This document shows, in pieces, positions 40,568-50,306 of a DNA stretch of 64,000 bases. The position numbers were made by a program, and so were the translations under genes. Origin of the DNA: Acidimicrobiia bacterium (GTDB lineage Bacteria > Actinomycetota > Acidimicrobiia > Spongiisociales > ZC4RG35). Where the stretch lies: NCBI GenBank assembly GCA_965203555.1, contig CBDBCY010000002.1, forward strand, positions 99,185-163,184, written 5' to 3'. Each line of letters opens with the position of its first letter. The stretch's first letter is position 1. Under the pieces are notes generated by a model that was not told the origin of the DNA, did not search any database, and was given only the letters and a program-made list of their open reading frames with translations.

Positions 40568-40951
40568 CTACTTGGAGGCTAGAGATTCCTCGACAAGCCC
40601 GACAAACTTTTCGGCGATTCTCAAAGTGTCTTCAGCGTCCGCAACTGTCCAGTTGCGTCTTGCGTATCGGTACACAGCCTCGTTACGTCGATCGTGGAGA
40701 GTTTTCAGCACTCCTCTCCAAGACGGGTGAACGCATCCCCTGTCAACAGCCTCGTCAATGCCCGCTTGAACACTCCTGTGACTTTTCGATCTGGTCCCCA
40801 GGTGAAGAAGCAGCGCCTTTCCGGCATAGAAGACGGCGAAGTAACTGTCGTGGATGCTCTTTGGATATGACCCCTTTCCTATTTGCTCCCGAGAGTCGGA
40901 TAGGTCCCTGTGGCTGTATTCCATCAACGAAACGATGTCTCTTTCATGCAT
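40568..40951 (-). CDS. HEPN domain toxin
   Basis: SYFAVFYAGKALL..KSH, RNEAVY; overlaps MNT stop. Confidence 0.88.
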   Translation of the reverse strand: MHERDIVSLMEYSHRDLSDSREQIGKGSYPKSIHDSYFAVFYAGKALLLHLGTRSKSHRSVQAGIDEAVDRGCVHPSWRGVLKTLHDRRNEAVYRYARRNWTVADAEDTLRIAEKFVGLVEESLASK

Positions 40952-41339
40952 CGACACGTTGTCCTTCTCGTCTGACAAAGTAATGGAAGTCATCGTCGGC
41001 GTTTTCTAACTGTTCCCTGGTGGTGGGATGGCCGTCAATGAACACTCCCAAGGACCGCCTAATGGGATCTGCGACGGAACTCAACAGATCCAAATCTGAG
41101 GTAATCGGTCCCTCTCGATGCAGTACAGCCAGCAAGTCCACATCCGAGTCGGGGCGGTGGGTCTTGGTGGCACGCGAGCCGAAAATCCAGACTTGGAACA
41201 ACCTTTGTCCAAAAACTCTCCGATAGCCTTCGACGGCTTCTATGATGGCCGTCCGTACCGCATCTTCGGTTGGAGGTGGGTATTCAACCACTCTGTACCC
41301 GTCGTCGTCTATGTGGGACGCGTACGCTGGTTGGGCCAC
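40944..41339 (-). CDS. Minimal nucleotidyltransferase (MNT) antitoxin
   Basis: IFGSRA..RPDSDVDL. Confidence 0.9.
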   Translation of the reverse strand: MAQPAYASHIDDDGYRVVEYPPPTEDAVRTAIIEAVEGYRRVFGQRLFQVWIFGSRATKTHRPDSDVDLLAVLHREGPITSDLDLLSSVADPIRRSLGVFIDGHPTTREQLENADDDFHYFVRREGQRVDA

Positions 41340-41796
41340 AAGGGCTTCCTTCCGCTCCGGTTCGTTTGGGCTACAGACTAGTTGACTCTCCCCGGGACTC
41401 GTTTTCCTTTCGATCCCGTAGAACAGGGCGTGTGCGGAAAGGCGCCATGCCTATCAGGGTTCCTGCCGAACCGGCTCTCCGCGAGCCGTTGACCTGTGGT
41501 ATGTCTGTCTAATAATCTTGTAGAGTGCGGGCGCGGCGACGAGTGTATTGAGCAAGCACTGCGTGAACGCCCACCCGCCCACGGATTTAGCAGACACACC
41601 ACTGTGGGGATGCTGTTTCGGCGGTTCGATTCCGTCAACGCCCACAACTGTAGGTAGCGGTTCAGTTTGAGTCTACGAGTCGGATGATGTCGGCGTGAGC
41701 CCAAGGGTGGTCGGCAGGGTCTGCGGCCATGGTCGGGATTCCGCCCTTCAGCAACAGATGCGGACCGATCAAGCTGCAAACCATTTGAGTCGACCC

Positions 41797-42146
41797 CTAA
41801 AAGAACTGCAACAGGATCCCCACTGCTCCCAGCGTTGCCACCGCCAGCCAGGTCGTACGCGCCTGGCGCCGATGCAACTCGGCCATCTTCACCTCCAAGT
41901 CGGCCACCGCCAGATCGATCTTGGCGCTCAGGTCTGATCCCATTCGGTCGATCTTGGCGCTCAGGTCTGATCCCATTCGGTCGATCTTGGCGCTCAGGTT
42001 TGATCCCATTCGGTCGATTTTGGCGCCCAGGTCTGATCCCATTCGGTTGATCTTGTGCTCCAGGTCGGTTTTCAGTAGCATCAGGTCGCCTTGGTGGCGG
42101 GCCTTCCCGTCCAGTCATCCTCGGCAACCAACGCGCCTGCTGACAT
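41797..42146 (-). CDS. DUF1640-like coiled-coil protein with C-terminal TM; probable 1-bp frameshift near 42090
   Basis: RBS aggagg before ATG 42146; ATK[G]DL motif broken; (MGSDLSAKIDR)x4; hydrophobic tail. Confidence 0.65.
41915..42046. repeat. 33-bp tandem repeat x4 (coding)
   Basis: Unit tcgatcttggcgctcaggtctgatcccattcgg. Confidence 0.95.
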
Positions 42147-42574
42147 CACATTCCCTCCTTCGGGCCGTTCGCCATGTTCCCCCACGGACTCTTACACACA
42201 CCAGTATGGTCACCGGAGACCAAATAGACAACCCCCAATTCATCCCCACAAAAGGGGCGCCGCCCCGCCGGGAGTCGGGACCCCCGGTCGGGCGGCGACC
42301 CCCGAGGCCGGTGCTCTTCCAGGGTCCCGGCGGGAGTTCGACCTTGCAGAAAAGAGTAGAAGGCCCATGGTGTGGGGCCCCGGCAAACCGGACCATGCGT
42401 GGTGGCGGCGCTCTCTCTACGGGTGGGCGCGTAGAATTGATGGTTCGAGGCTGATGCGAGTGGCCGCTTCGCTTTTGGTTCCCATAGTTTGTGGCTTTTT
42501 GTTCCTATAATCCGCAGGACCGAACGTTGCCGGCGCCAAGGCGGTACCGGCACTCGAAAGTGTCGAGAATCTCC

Positions 42575-44902
42575 ATGACGATCTTCAAAAAATGGAAACG
42601 CCCGGTCGGGGTGCTGGTAGCCCTGTCTCTCCTCGCCGGCCTTCTGGTGGCCGTGCCCGGCAGCGCCCAGTCCACCGATCCGGAACCCAGCTACCCGGCG
42701 TCTTTCGAGGCCTGTCCCGAGGATGTGATACCCGGCGCCGATTTCGTCGACGTCCCGTCCCGTCATGACAACGCCGGCGACATCGACTGCATCGCCTACT
42801 ACGGGATCACCAAGGGCACCTCGGCCACCACCTATTCACCGGACGCCCCGGTGATCCGCGAGCACATGGCGCTGTTTCTGGTCAGGCTGGCCAGGCTGGT
42901 GGGCATAGACGTTCCCTCCGCCGGCAATACGCCCTTCACCGACATATCGGACCTGGATGCGGCTTCCCGGGAGGCCATCAGCCAGATATACCAGTTGGGG
43001 ATCACCATCGGCGCCACCGCCACCACCTATGCGCCGGCCCGGAACGTGAACCGGGGCGAGATGGCGCTGTTTCTCCAGAGGCTGATGGACCTGATGGACC
43101 CGGTGGCGGACGGGCGGACCGCCTTCGGCTACACGCCGGACGACGTCGACAGAAATGACGAGAACTTCGATATACTGTCACCCTTCCGCGACCTGGACAA
43201 CGTCACCCACTCCGTGAACGACGCGGTCACCCACCTGTACGAACTGGGGGTGGCCAGCGGGCTTTCCAGCCGCATCTACGGCCCCAACACCGACATGTCC
43301 CGCTCGGCGATGGCCGAGTTCATGGCCGCCATCCTGGACCACTCCAATCTGCGTCCCCAGGGGGTGATGGTCCAGGTGACGCCCACCCAGGGCAGGGAGG
43401 ACTTCGAGATCACGGTGATGATCTCGGTCCGCAGCGACACCTTCGCCCCTTCCGCCAACCGGGTGGTGGACTGGTTCTACACCGACGACCCGGACGGGGG
43501 GCTGGAGAGGAACGGCACCTGTGACGACGCCGTGATCCTGGGCCAGGGAGACTGCGTGTGGGACGATGACGACGACACCACCGGCCGGGACGACGGCAAT
43601 CTGTTCGTCGATTTCGACGCCACCCCGGGAGAGACCATGACCGTCTACGCCTGGATCGGTCGCCGGAACGGGGCCGTCTTCGACGACGACACCGTGGTCT
43701 TCTCCAAGGCCCAGGCAACCTCCGAGAAAGACGCCGACAGCCTGTTCGTGACCCACGACGTGCCCGTCAACGCCGCCCGGGTCGGGGGCGACGGCGCGTA
43801 CATAGTCGACTTGGATCGCCGCTCGTCGGTGGAGTTCACCATCGAACTCAGGGACGAGAACGGAGTCCGCCTGGAGAGAGAGGGGGTGGAGATAGATATC
43901 GAGGTGGAGAGCCGAGAGATAAGATTGGACGCCGACGAGACGACCAGCGGCAATGAGCCGACGCCGGATATCGACCTTGTGCTCATAGGCCGGGACTCGA
44001 CCGATGACAGCGTGGTGACAACCGACCGGAGAGGCCGGGCGGTCTTCGAGTTGGACGGCCCTTCCCGGAACGAGCGCCGGGACACCGTGACCATCGATTC
44101 CGACTGCTGCCCCAGCGAGAGGATCGAGATCGCCTGGAGCGAGAGCGACTCCATCCTGGTCTCCGCCAAGCCCGACTTCAAGCTGTATCAGCAGAGGAGC
44201 GGCACCAAGATCGAGTTCACCGTGGAATACGATCTGTTCGACCAGTACGGGGAGCCGCTGCGGGGCACCAGCGATCGCTACACGGGAAGGACCGGCACCG
44301 ACCTGACCGCCAAACTCGATTACACACTTTATAAAGCGCCGCGGCCCACTGGCCAGGGCACCGAATACGTGTTAGCTGCGTCTTCGCTAACGGCGGAAGA
44401 AGATGAGACGATGACCATCAGCCGCAGGAGTCTTACCTATGATGTGGACATCACGATCCCGGTTGCTGAACAGACGGGTAACGACTTCCTGGTGGTGGTC
44501 GAGCCCAAGATCTTCAGCGACCGAGGTACCAGTGCTGGCACCGATGACACCTTGGATCCGGGGGAGATCAGGTATGTGGCTTCGGAGAAGATAGTTGTGT
44601 GGATCGTGCGCGACGCCAACGACGAGAATGAATTCGAGCAACTCAAGGATCGTACATTGGGCGGGAGTATCCCCGCAGGCGTGACACTCGATGCCGTGGA
44701 GTTGTACGCCCCTGATCGCAAGTTCCGCACTTTCTTCACCCTGTGGAGCTACGGAAGCGCCGACCGTCTTCAGATCGCCGGTGGCGGTGACGACGTGAGC
44801 ATCGCCAAGTTCGAGGAGGAGTGGAGAGACCGGGTCAACGGCATGGAGGACATCGACGTGCTGATATACGGGTCCGGCTTCAGCTACATTCTGATCAGAT
44901 GA
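42575..44902 (+). CDS. SLH-domain surface protein (paralog 1)
   Basis: Signal peptide; three SLH-like repeats (GITKGTSATTYSP..REHMALFL; RGEMALFL; RSAMAEFM); acidic beta-rich C-terminus. Confidence 0.88.
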   Translation: MTIFKKWKRPVGVLVALSLLAGLLVAVPGSAQSTDPEPSYPASFEACPEDVIPGADFVDVPSRHDNAGDIDCIAYYGITKGTSATTYSPDAPVIREHMALFLVRLARLVGIDVPSAGNTPFTDISDLDAASREAISQIYQLGITIGATATTYAPARNVNRGEMALFLQRLMDLMDPVADGRTAFGYTPDDVDRNDENFDILSPFRDLDNVTHSVNDAVTHLYELGVASGLSSRIYGPNTDMSRSAMAEFMAAILDHSNLRPQGVMVQVTPTQGREDFEITVMISVRSDTFAPSANRVVDWFYTDDPDGGLERNGTCDDAVILGQGDCVWDDDDDTTGRDDGNLFVDFDATPGETMTVYAWIGRRNGAVFDDDTVVFSKAQATSEKDADSLFVTHDVPVNAARVGGDGAYIVDLDRRSSVEFTIELRDENGVRLEREGVEIDIEVESREIRLDADETTSGNEPTPDIDLVLIGRDSTDDSVVTTDRRGRAVFELDGPSRNERRDTVTIDSDCCPSERIEIAWSESDSILVSAKPDFKLYQQRSGTKIEFTVEYDLFDQYGEPLRGTSDRYTGRTGTDLTAKLDYTLYKAPRPTGQGTEYVLAASSLTAEEDETMTISRRSLTYDVDITIPVAEQTGNDFLVVVEPKIFSDRGTSAGTDDTLDPGEIRYVASEKIVVWIVRDANDENEFEQLKDRTLGGSIPAGVTLDAVELYAPDRKFRTFFTLWSYGSADRLQIAGGGDDVSIAKFEEEWRDRVNGMEDIDVLIYGSGFSYILIR

Positions 44903-45852
44903 CGGTCGTCGACGGGGTCTGCCCTTTGATGACCGACCCCGACGCCTGGGACGGCTGGATTGAGGGAGGGGTGGACATCGCGGTTCCCACCGTGGCCAAC
45001 TGGGAGGGCCCCGCCGAGACCCAGGATCTGCTTGAGCAATGGGACCGGTGGTTGACCGAAGACGATCGTTTGATCGCGGTCAATGAACCCTCCGACTTCG
45101 ACCAGTTCCCTCTTCCGAGAAGGCTGGGAGTGATCATCCACTTCCAGAACACCCTCCCCTTGGGAGACGATCTGGCCAACTACGAGCGGTTCCACCGACA
45201 GGGCCTGCGGATGGTCCAGGTCTGCTACAACCGGACCAACCTGGTGGGAGACGGATGCCTGGAGCCCGGGGACGGCCCGCTCACCCCGTTCGGCCGGGAG
45301 GTGATAAGGGAGATGAACCGGCTGGGGATGGTGGTCGACCTTTCCCACACCGGTCGCCGCACCACCTTCGACGCCATGCGCGCCTCCGCCTCGCCGCCGG
45401 TGTTCTCCCACTCCAACCCCCTGGCGCTGTGCAAGAATCGCCGCAACATCGACGACGAACAGATCCGAGCGGTGGCCGACCTGGGAGGTCTGGTTGGAGT
45501 AAACGCCTACCCGGCCTTCCTGAAACAGGGCGGCAAGGGCGCCACTGTCTCCGACTTGGTGGACCACGTCGACTACCTGGTCGACCTGATCGGACCCGAC
45601 CAGGTGGGGCTGGGGCTGGATTTCTGCTTTCTCAGCCCCGAGATCCACGCCGAGATGATCGCCTCGGGGGAGTGGAGCATCGAGGACTACCCCGACGATT
45701 CCGGAACCTACCCCATCGGCCTGGAGACGCCCGTCCAGATTCCCAACATCACCAACGAACTGATCAAGCGGGGCTATCCCTCCGACGCCATGGAGGCGAT
45801 CCTCGGCCACAACTGGATAGACCTCTTCCAAAGAGTCTGGAAAGCCCGCTGA
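44899..45852 (+). CDS. Membrane dipeptidase (peptidase M19)
   Basis: GLRMVQVCYN, EMNRLGMVVDLSH, SHSN..RNIDD, VGLGLDF. Confidence 0.92.
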   Translation: MTVVDGVCPLMTDPDAWDGWIEGGVDIAVPTVANWEGPAETQDLLEQWDRWLTEDDRLIAVNEPSDFDQFPLPRRLGVIIHFQNTLPLGDDLANYERFHRQGLRMVQVCYNRTNLVGDGCLEPGDGPLTPFGREVIREMNRLGMVVDLSHTGRRTTFDAMRASASPPVFSHSNPLALCKNRRNIDDEQIRAVADLGGLVGVNAYPAFLKQGGKGATVSDLVDHVDYLVDLIGPDQVGLGLDFCFLSPEIHAEMIASGEWSIEDYPDDSGTYPIGLETPVQIPNITNELIKRGYPSDAMEAILGHNWIDLFQRVWKAR

Positions 45853-46106
45853 TCCCGCCGGGGCCGTGTCGAGGGTGGGATTGTGGTTTGGGGGCGCACC
45901 TGTATTCCGCTGGTTCAGAGGTGGGGATGGGCAGCAGGTCGGGAGGTGGCGCCTCGCCCTTGTCTTCTATCCCTGGGGGTGTGCGCCCTTTGCAGAAGAG
46001 AGGGCCATCAGGGAGCACGGGACAGTAGCCCACCCCGGCGTGGCGGGCGATCAGCCCCAAGCACCTTCGTACAGGGCCCAGATCCAAGGTAATGGGGCGA
46101 GATACC

Positions 46107-47243
46107 ATGTCAATTGTGCTGGAACGTCTCTTGATCGAGAACTACAAATGCCTGGTTGACTTCGACCTGCGGCTGCAAGAGACCACGCTGCTTCTCGGAG
46201 CAAACGGATCCGGTAAGACAGCGGTATTGGATGTGGTTTATGGAATTCGCAGGCTGTTGGCGGGAGAAGTCAAAGTCACCGACCCCGTAGCATTTCCTCT
46301 ATCCACACTGACCCGTTGGCAGACCCATCGGCACCAACAATTCAAGCTCCAGGTGAGGGCGGGCAGCGAGAGCTTAACCTATTTGCTCCGAGTCGAACAC
46401 GATCCCGATATCGGTTCCCGGGTTGCCCGGGAGACGCTGAAGGGTGGGGACGGCACGGTGCTGTTCGACTTCGATATGGGAGAGGTGCAGTTGTACCGTG
46501 ACGATGGATCGGAGGGACCCGGGTATAAGACAGACTGGAGCGAGTCTGCTCTCGCACGTGTCGTTGAACAACCTGTCAACACACGGCTCACGGCCTTCCT
46601 GAACACCGTCCGCGACACCGTGGTCTGTACCATCCGGCCCTACGGCCTCCGTGCTGAGTCATCCCGAGCGGACCGACTCCTGGGGCGCTACGCCGACAAC
46701 TTTGTGGCATGGTATCGCAACGCCGTTCTGGAGAGCCCAGGTATGGCCCGCTCTCATGAAGAAGCTCTGCAACTTGTGATAGACGGCTTTGACAGTCTTC
46801 ACCTCAAACCGGTCGGCGTCGACACGCGAGAGTTGAGACTTCGCTTCGCCGACACAAACGGAAGTGGCAATAGCACCGAGCGTTACTGGCTCAGCTTCGA
46901 TGAACTCTCCGACGGGCAGCGGGCACTGGTGGTTCTTTACGGATTACTGCACCTGCGCGGCGGCGATGGTATCTCGATGTTCCTGGACGAGCCGGACAAC
47001 TGTGTGGCGCTTCCCGAGATCCAACCGTGGCTGTTGGCAATGCTCGAGTTGTGTGAGGAGACACCCTCCCAGGCCGTTATCTGTTCGCACCATCCAGAGA
47101 TGATCGACTACCTCGGGCCGAACTGCGGACTGATCCTGCGGCGCAACGCCTCCGGCGCCACCACCGCACGACCGGTCGGTCAGCAGGCGTCGCCGGGGGG
47201 CCTCAAGCTATCCGAGCTGGTGGCGCGGGGCTGGGATACGTGA
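46107..47243 (+). CDS. AAA_21/ABC-like ATPase
   Basis: IENYKCL, GANGSGKT, LSDGQR, FLDEPDN, SHHP. Confidence 0.9.
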   Translation: MSIVLERLLIENYKCLVDFDLRLQETTLLLGANGSGKTAVLDVVYGIRRLLAGEVKVTDPVAFPLSTLTRWQTHRHQQFKLQVRAGSESLTYLLRVEHDPDIGSRVARETLKGGDGTVLFDFDMGEVQLYRDDGSEGPGYKTDWSESALARVVEQPVNTRLTAFLNTVRDTVVCTIRPYGLRAESSRADRLLGRYADNFVAWYRNAVLESPGMARSHEEALQLVIDGFDSLHLKPVGVDTRELRLRFADTNGSGNSTERYWLSFDELSDGQRALVVLYGLLHLRGGDGISMFLDEPDNCVALPEIQPWLLAMLELCEETPSQAVICSHHPEMIDYLGPNCGLILRRNASGATTARPVGQQASPGGLKLSELVARGWDT

Positions 47244-47510
47244 GCAGGAATATCCGGGGAGTCCTGCTCTGCGAAGACCAGCAACACCAGGCGTTCGTTG
47301 TTCGTTTCCTCAAAAAGATGAGTTGGAACCCGCGAGATCTGCGAATCGAGCAGTCGCCGTCGGGTCGGGGATCGGCTGAGTATTTCGTACGGCAGCGATT
47401 CCCACGGGAGCTTCAATGGGTGCGCTCCAAGGGTGGGGAGCGGGTGTACCTGATCGTTTTGGTGGACGGCGACGCGTCCGGCGTGGTAGACACGAAGGCC
47501 TCGCTCAGCG
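47240..47510 (+). pseudogene. TOPRIM-like (DUF4276-like) ATPase partner, 3'-truncated
   Basis: LLCED, LIVLVDGD; GTG overlaps ATPase stop; runs into the convergent MBL stub. Confidence 0.65.
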
Positions 47511-47577
47511 ATTCTTCGCCGATCACAATGGCGCAATTGCCATGTGCGACATCCAAAATAAGCAATTCGGGACTCAC
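47508..47577 (-). pseudogene. MBL-fold (ComEC/Rec2-like) hydrolase, N-terminal stub
   Basis: ELLILDVAHGNCAIV; GTG overlaps receiver-gene stop. Confidence 0.65.
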
Positions 47578-48258
47578 ATTCTCTCCCACACTCCCGCTGG
47601 ATCCGGAGCCTGCTCGAAGTGCACGAGGAACAGGTCCTCGGCCAGTTCCGCATCGATATTGACCTTGGCGATCATCCACTCGACTCTCCTACTGCGTACG
47701 TTTTCCCTCAGGCCGTCGTCTTCGATCATGCTCAACGGTAATTCCACTGCACTGCTTGCATTCCACCCCGGGCACTATCGCCTCCATCCGGCCAAGACCC
47801 GGAGCATCGACCGATTTGATGTGAATCCCCGTTCTTCGTGGGATCCTCTGGATGGGGATGTCGCCTTCCAATTCTGCTTTGACAAGGGCGAAACCTTTGT
47901 TGATCAGGTAAGGATCGAGCATGTCCTTCCCGATCAACACCGGCACGTCAGCTCTGCAGGGCCTGATCGCTGACATTTCATCGTGGATGTATGAACTGAC
48001 AAGGAGTGAGGGCAACCGGAGAGAACGGAAAGCGCGACGCACCGCCTCGGCTCCACGGAACGGCGCATAGTTGGAGACAGAGAGCCGCTGATCGCAAATG
48101 AAGGCTTCGGTCTCCGCTTCCACCAGCCATGCGGACAGGACATCCAGGGAAGGCAGCGGCGCCTCTCGGGAAATCACATGGTGGCCGGCTTCCTCGAGCT
48201 CTCCTTGCAGCGTCCTCCGTTCATCGACGACATCGTCGACGATCGCGACCCGCATCAC
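47574..48258 (-). pseudogene. Receiver-domain protein with C-terminal extension; +1 frameshift at C4 run 47766-47769
   Basis: VAIVDD, ICDQRL; corrected frame VPGWNAS..MIAKVNIDAE..EDLF..FE. Confidence 0.8.
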
Positions 48259-50306
48259 TTCACTCCGAACAGTGGGAGTTTTACCACGAACTCTTCTCCC
48301 TTTTGGCCGATATCGGAGGCCAAATGGGCGCTGCCTCCCAGATCTGCCGCCTCGTCGCGAACGATGGTAAGGCCGATCCCGGTTCCACCGGGCGTCGTTG
48401 TCTGGCCGGGGCTCCAGATATCGGCTCTGCCGATGTTGCGGATTCCCGGACCGTTGTCCTTGACAGAAATCAGAAGGTGACCACCCGACTCCACTGTGCG
48501 TATCAGCAGTTCGCGGCCCTCGATCAGTTTGTCGGAATCCTGGAAAGCGCGGATTGCGTTGGTGATCAGGTTCGCCAGGATGGATTCCAACGATGCCGGC
48601 CGCCCCCAGATCTGCGGCGACGTGCCTACGTATTCCGTCTTCACTGTTACGTCGGAATTCTCCAGGAACGGAGCAAAGAGTTCGAGCACGCTGTCGATGA
48701 CCTGGTGTACTTTGAACACGCCGACCCTGCGTTTTTCGCGTTGCAGCAGAGTGAGCGGGATCCTGACGAAGCTTCGCAGAGCCTTGGTGGCTCGTCGCAG
48801 TAAACCGACTTGGCTTCCCAGGGAGTCGGCGTAGACGTCGCCAAGGGCTTGTTTGCCTCGGCGTTCGATAGCTCCTGCCAGTCGCTGAATACGAGTGAGG
48901 GGTCCGTCCGCCTCGTGGGCGAAGACGGATGCCGTCGTTCCGACGGTGCTGAGAGTGCGATACAACTGAAGGTCGCTCAGGATTGCCTGGCGCTCGCGAT
49001 GACCCTCCTGGTTGAGTTGGGCCAATGCCTCCTCCACGCCCTTGCGTTGGTTTTCCGGTACCCCGGCCACCGCTTCCTCCATGCCCTTGATGGCCTCCTC
49101 CAACCGTTCCTTACGCCGCACTCGTCGTTTTCTGCGTTTGCGGTCTCGTTCCTTGACGCGGCGGCGGGACATCCAATCGAGCGCGTCGCCGGCGAACGCT
49201 CGCAGTTCCGAGAAGGCGTCGTTCTCGACAAAACCGGACCTGTCGGTCTTTGCGAGGAGCATCTCCTCGGTGTCGTCCACAATGACCAGCCCGATGGAGT
49301 TGTTGGTCGATGGGCGCTCCTCGGGGCTTCGCACCCGTCGTAGATTCATCTCCAGCCAGTCATGGCCCCGGTCGCCGTAGGGATGTACGCGCAGACCTCA
49401 GTTATAGAGATGCACCCCTCCAACCTCGCGAAGCCAGTTTCGGACTTCCCCCACGGTAGCGGTTCTGTCGGCGAACGAAGCGTCGTTGAGAGTGAACTCC
49501 CAGAGTTCGAATGTTGCCGGGGGCGCCCGGTAAACGCCGGAGCGCCGCAGATCGTCGTGATCCGCTTTCCATTTCACATTCCCTCGACTATCCAATGCAG
49601 CGGCAGATCCCCGGCCATCTGTACCCAACTCGGCGCGGAGCCGGTGGCTGGCTTCGGTGAAGTACCCGCTTCTCACCAATTGCGCCAAGTCTCGGAAGTC
49701 ATCGCTGATCAACTCGGCGCTGAAACTTCGCTGCGACTCGAATGGATCGGCCAGGAGAATCAACGAGCGAGCCAGGCGTTTGGTGTCCATCCGTCCCAAA
49801 GGGCTCATCAGGTCACTAATGGCGATTGACGTCCCGAATGCTCCCGATGTGGGCCTTTTCTCGATCTCAAGAGCCACATCCTCCACCACTGGAACGTCAT
49901 CGAAGAGTCTCCAGTCGATCTCCATGCGATACTCGGTTCCCGGTTCATCCCGCGGCCTGGTCTCCAGGACAACTCTCCTCCCGAGCCTCAGCGCGGCGAG
50001 TCGGCCCAGTCCTTTTTCTCCCACCGGCAGCCTGCCCAGCCTCGTTCTCTCCCGCGGATCCTTCTCGGAGCGCCCGACCACCAGCCACCCGGCGCGGATC
50101 TGCTGAGCGGTCATGCCATCCCCGTCGTCGGAGACGATTACCTTCCCACCGTGTCGAGTCGTCTCCGACAGCGTCACCCGACACACGCGCGCATCGGCGT
50201 CGTACGCATTCTTCGCCAGTTCAATGATGCCCTGGTCAGGATGGGATACGAGTTCCTCGCCCAGCCTGGCGAGAATCGACGGCGCAAACCGGAGCGTCTC
50301 AGACAT
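48255..50306 (-). pseudogene. GHKL (MORC/HSP90-like) ATPase fused to a histidine kinase; one in-frame TGA at 49398-49400
   Basis: ELAKNAYDADA, DDGDGM, GEKGLGR; H-box FAHE, N-box NLITNA, DNGPGI, GTGIGL; both ORFs share a frame. Confidence 0.9.

Larger units (their letters stand above)
27560..41645. mobile_element. Genomic island integrated at tRNA-Val (no integrase visible)
   Basis: Perfect 28-bp direct repeat tcggcggttcgattccgtcaacgcccac at 27560-27587 and 41618-41645. Confidence 0.9.

Noticed and set aside
41915-42046. 33-bp repeats as CRISPR
   Set aside because: Tandem with no spacers; protein-coding.
49398-49400. TGA as selenocysteine
   Set aside because: Position looks like a basic residue rather than Cys, and no convincing SECIS hairpin was seen.
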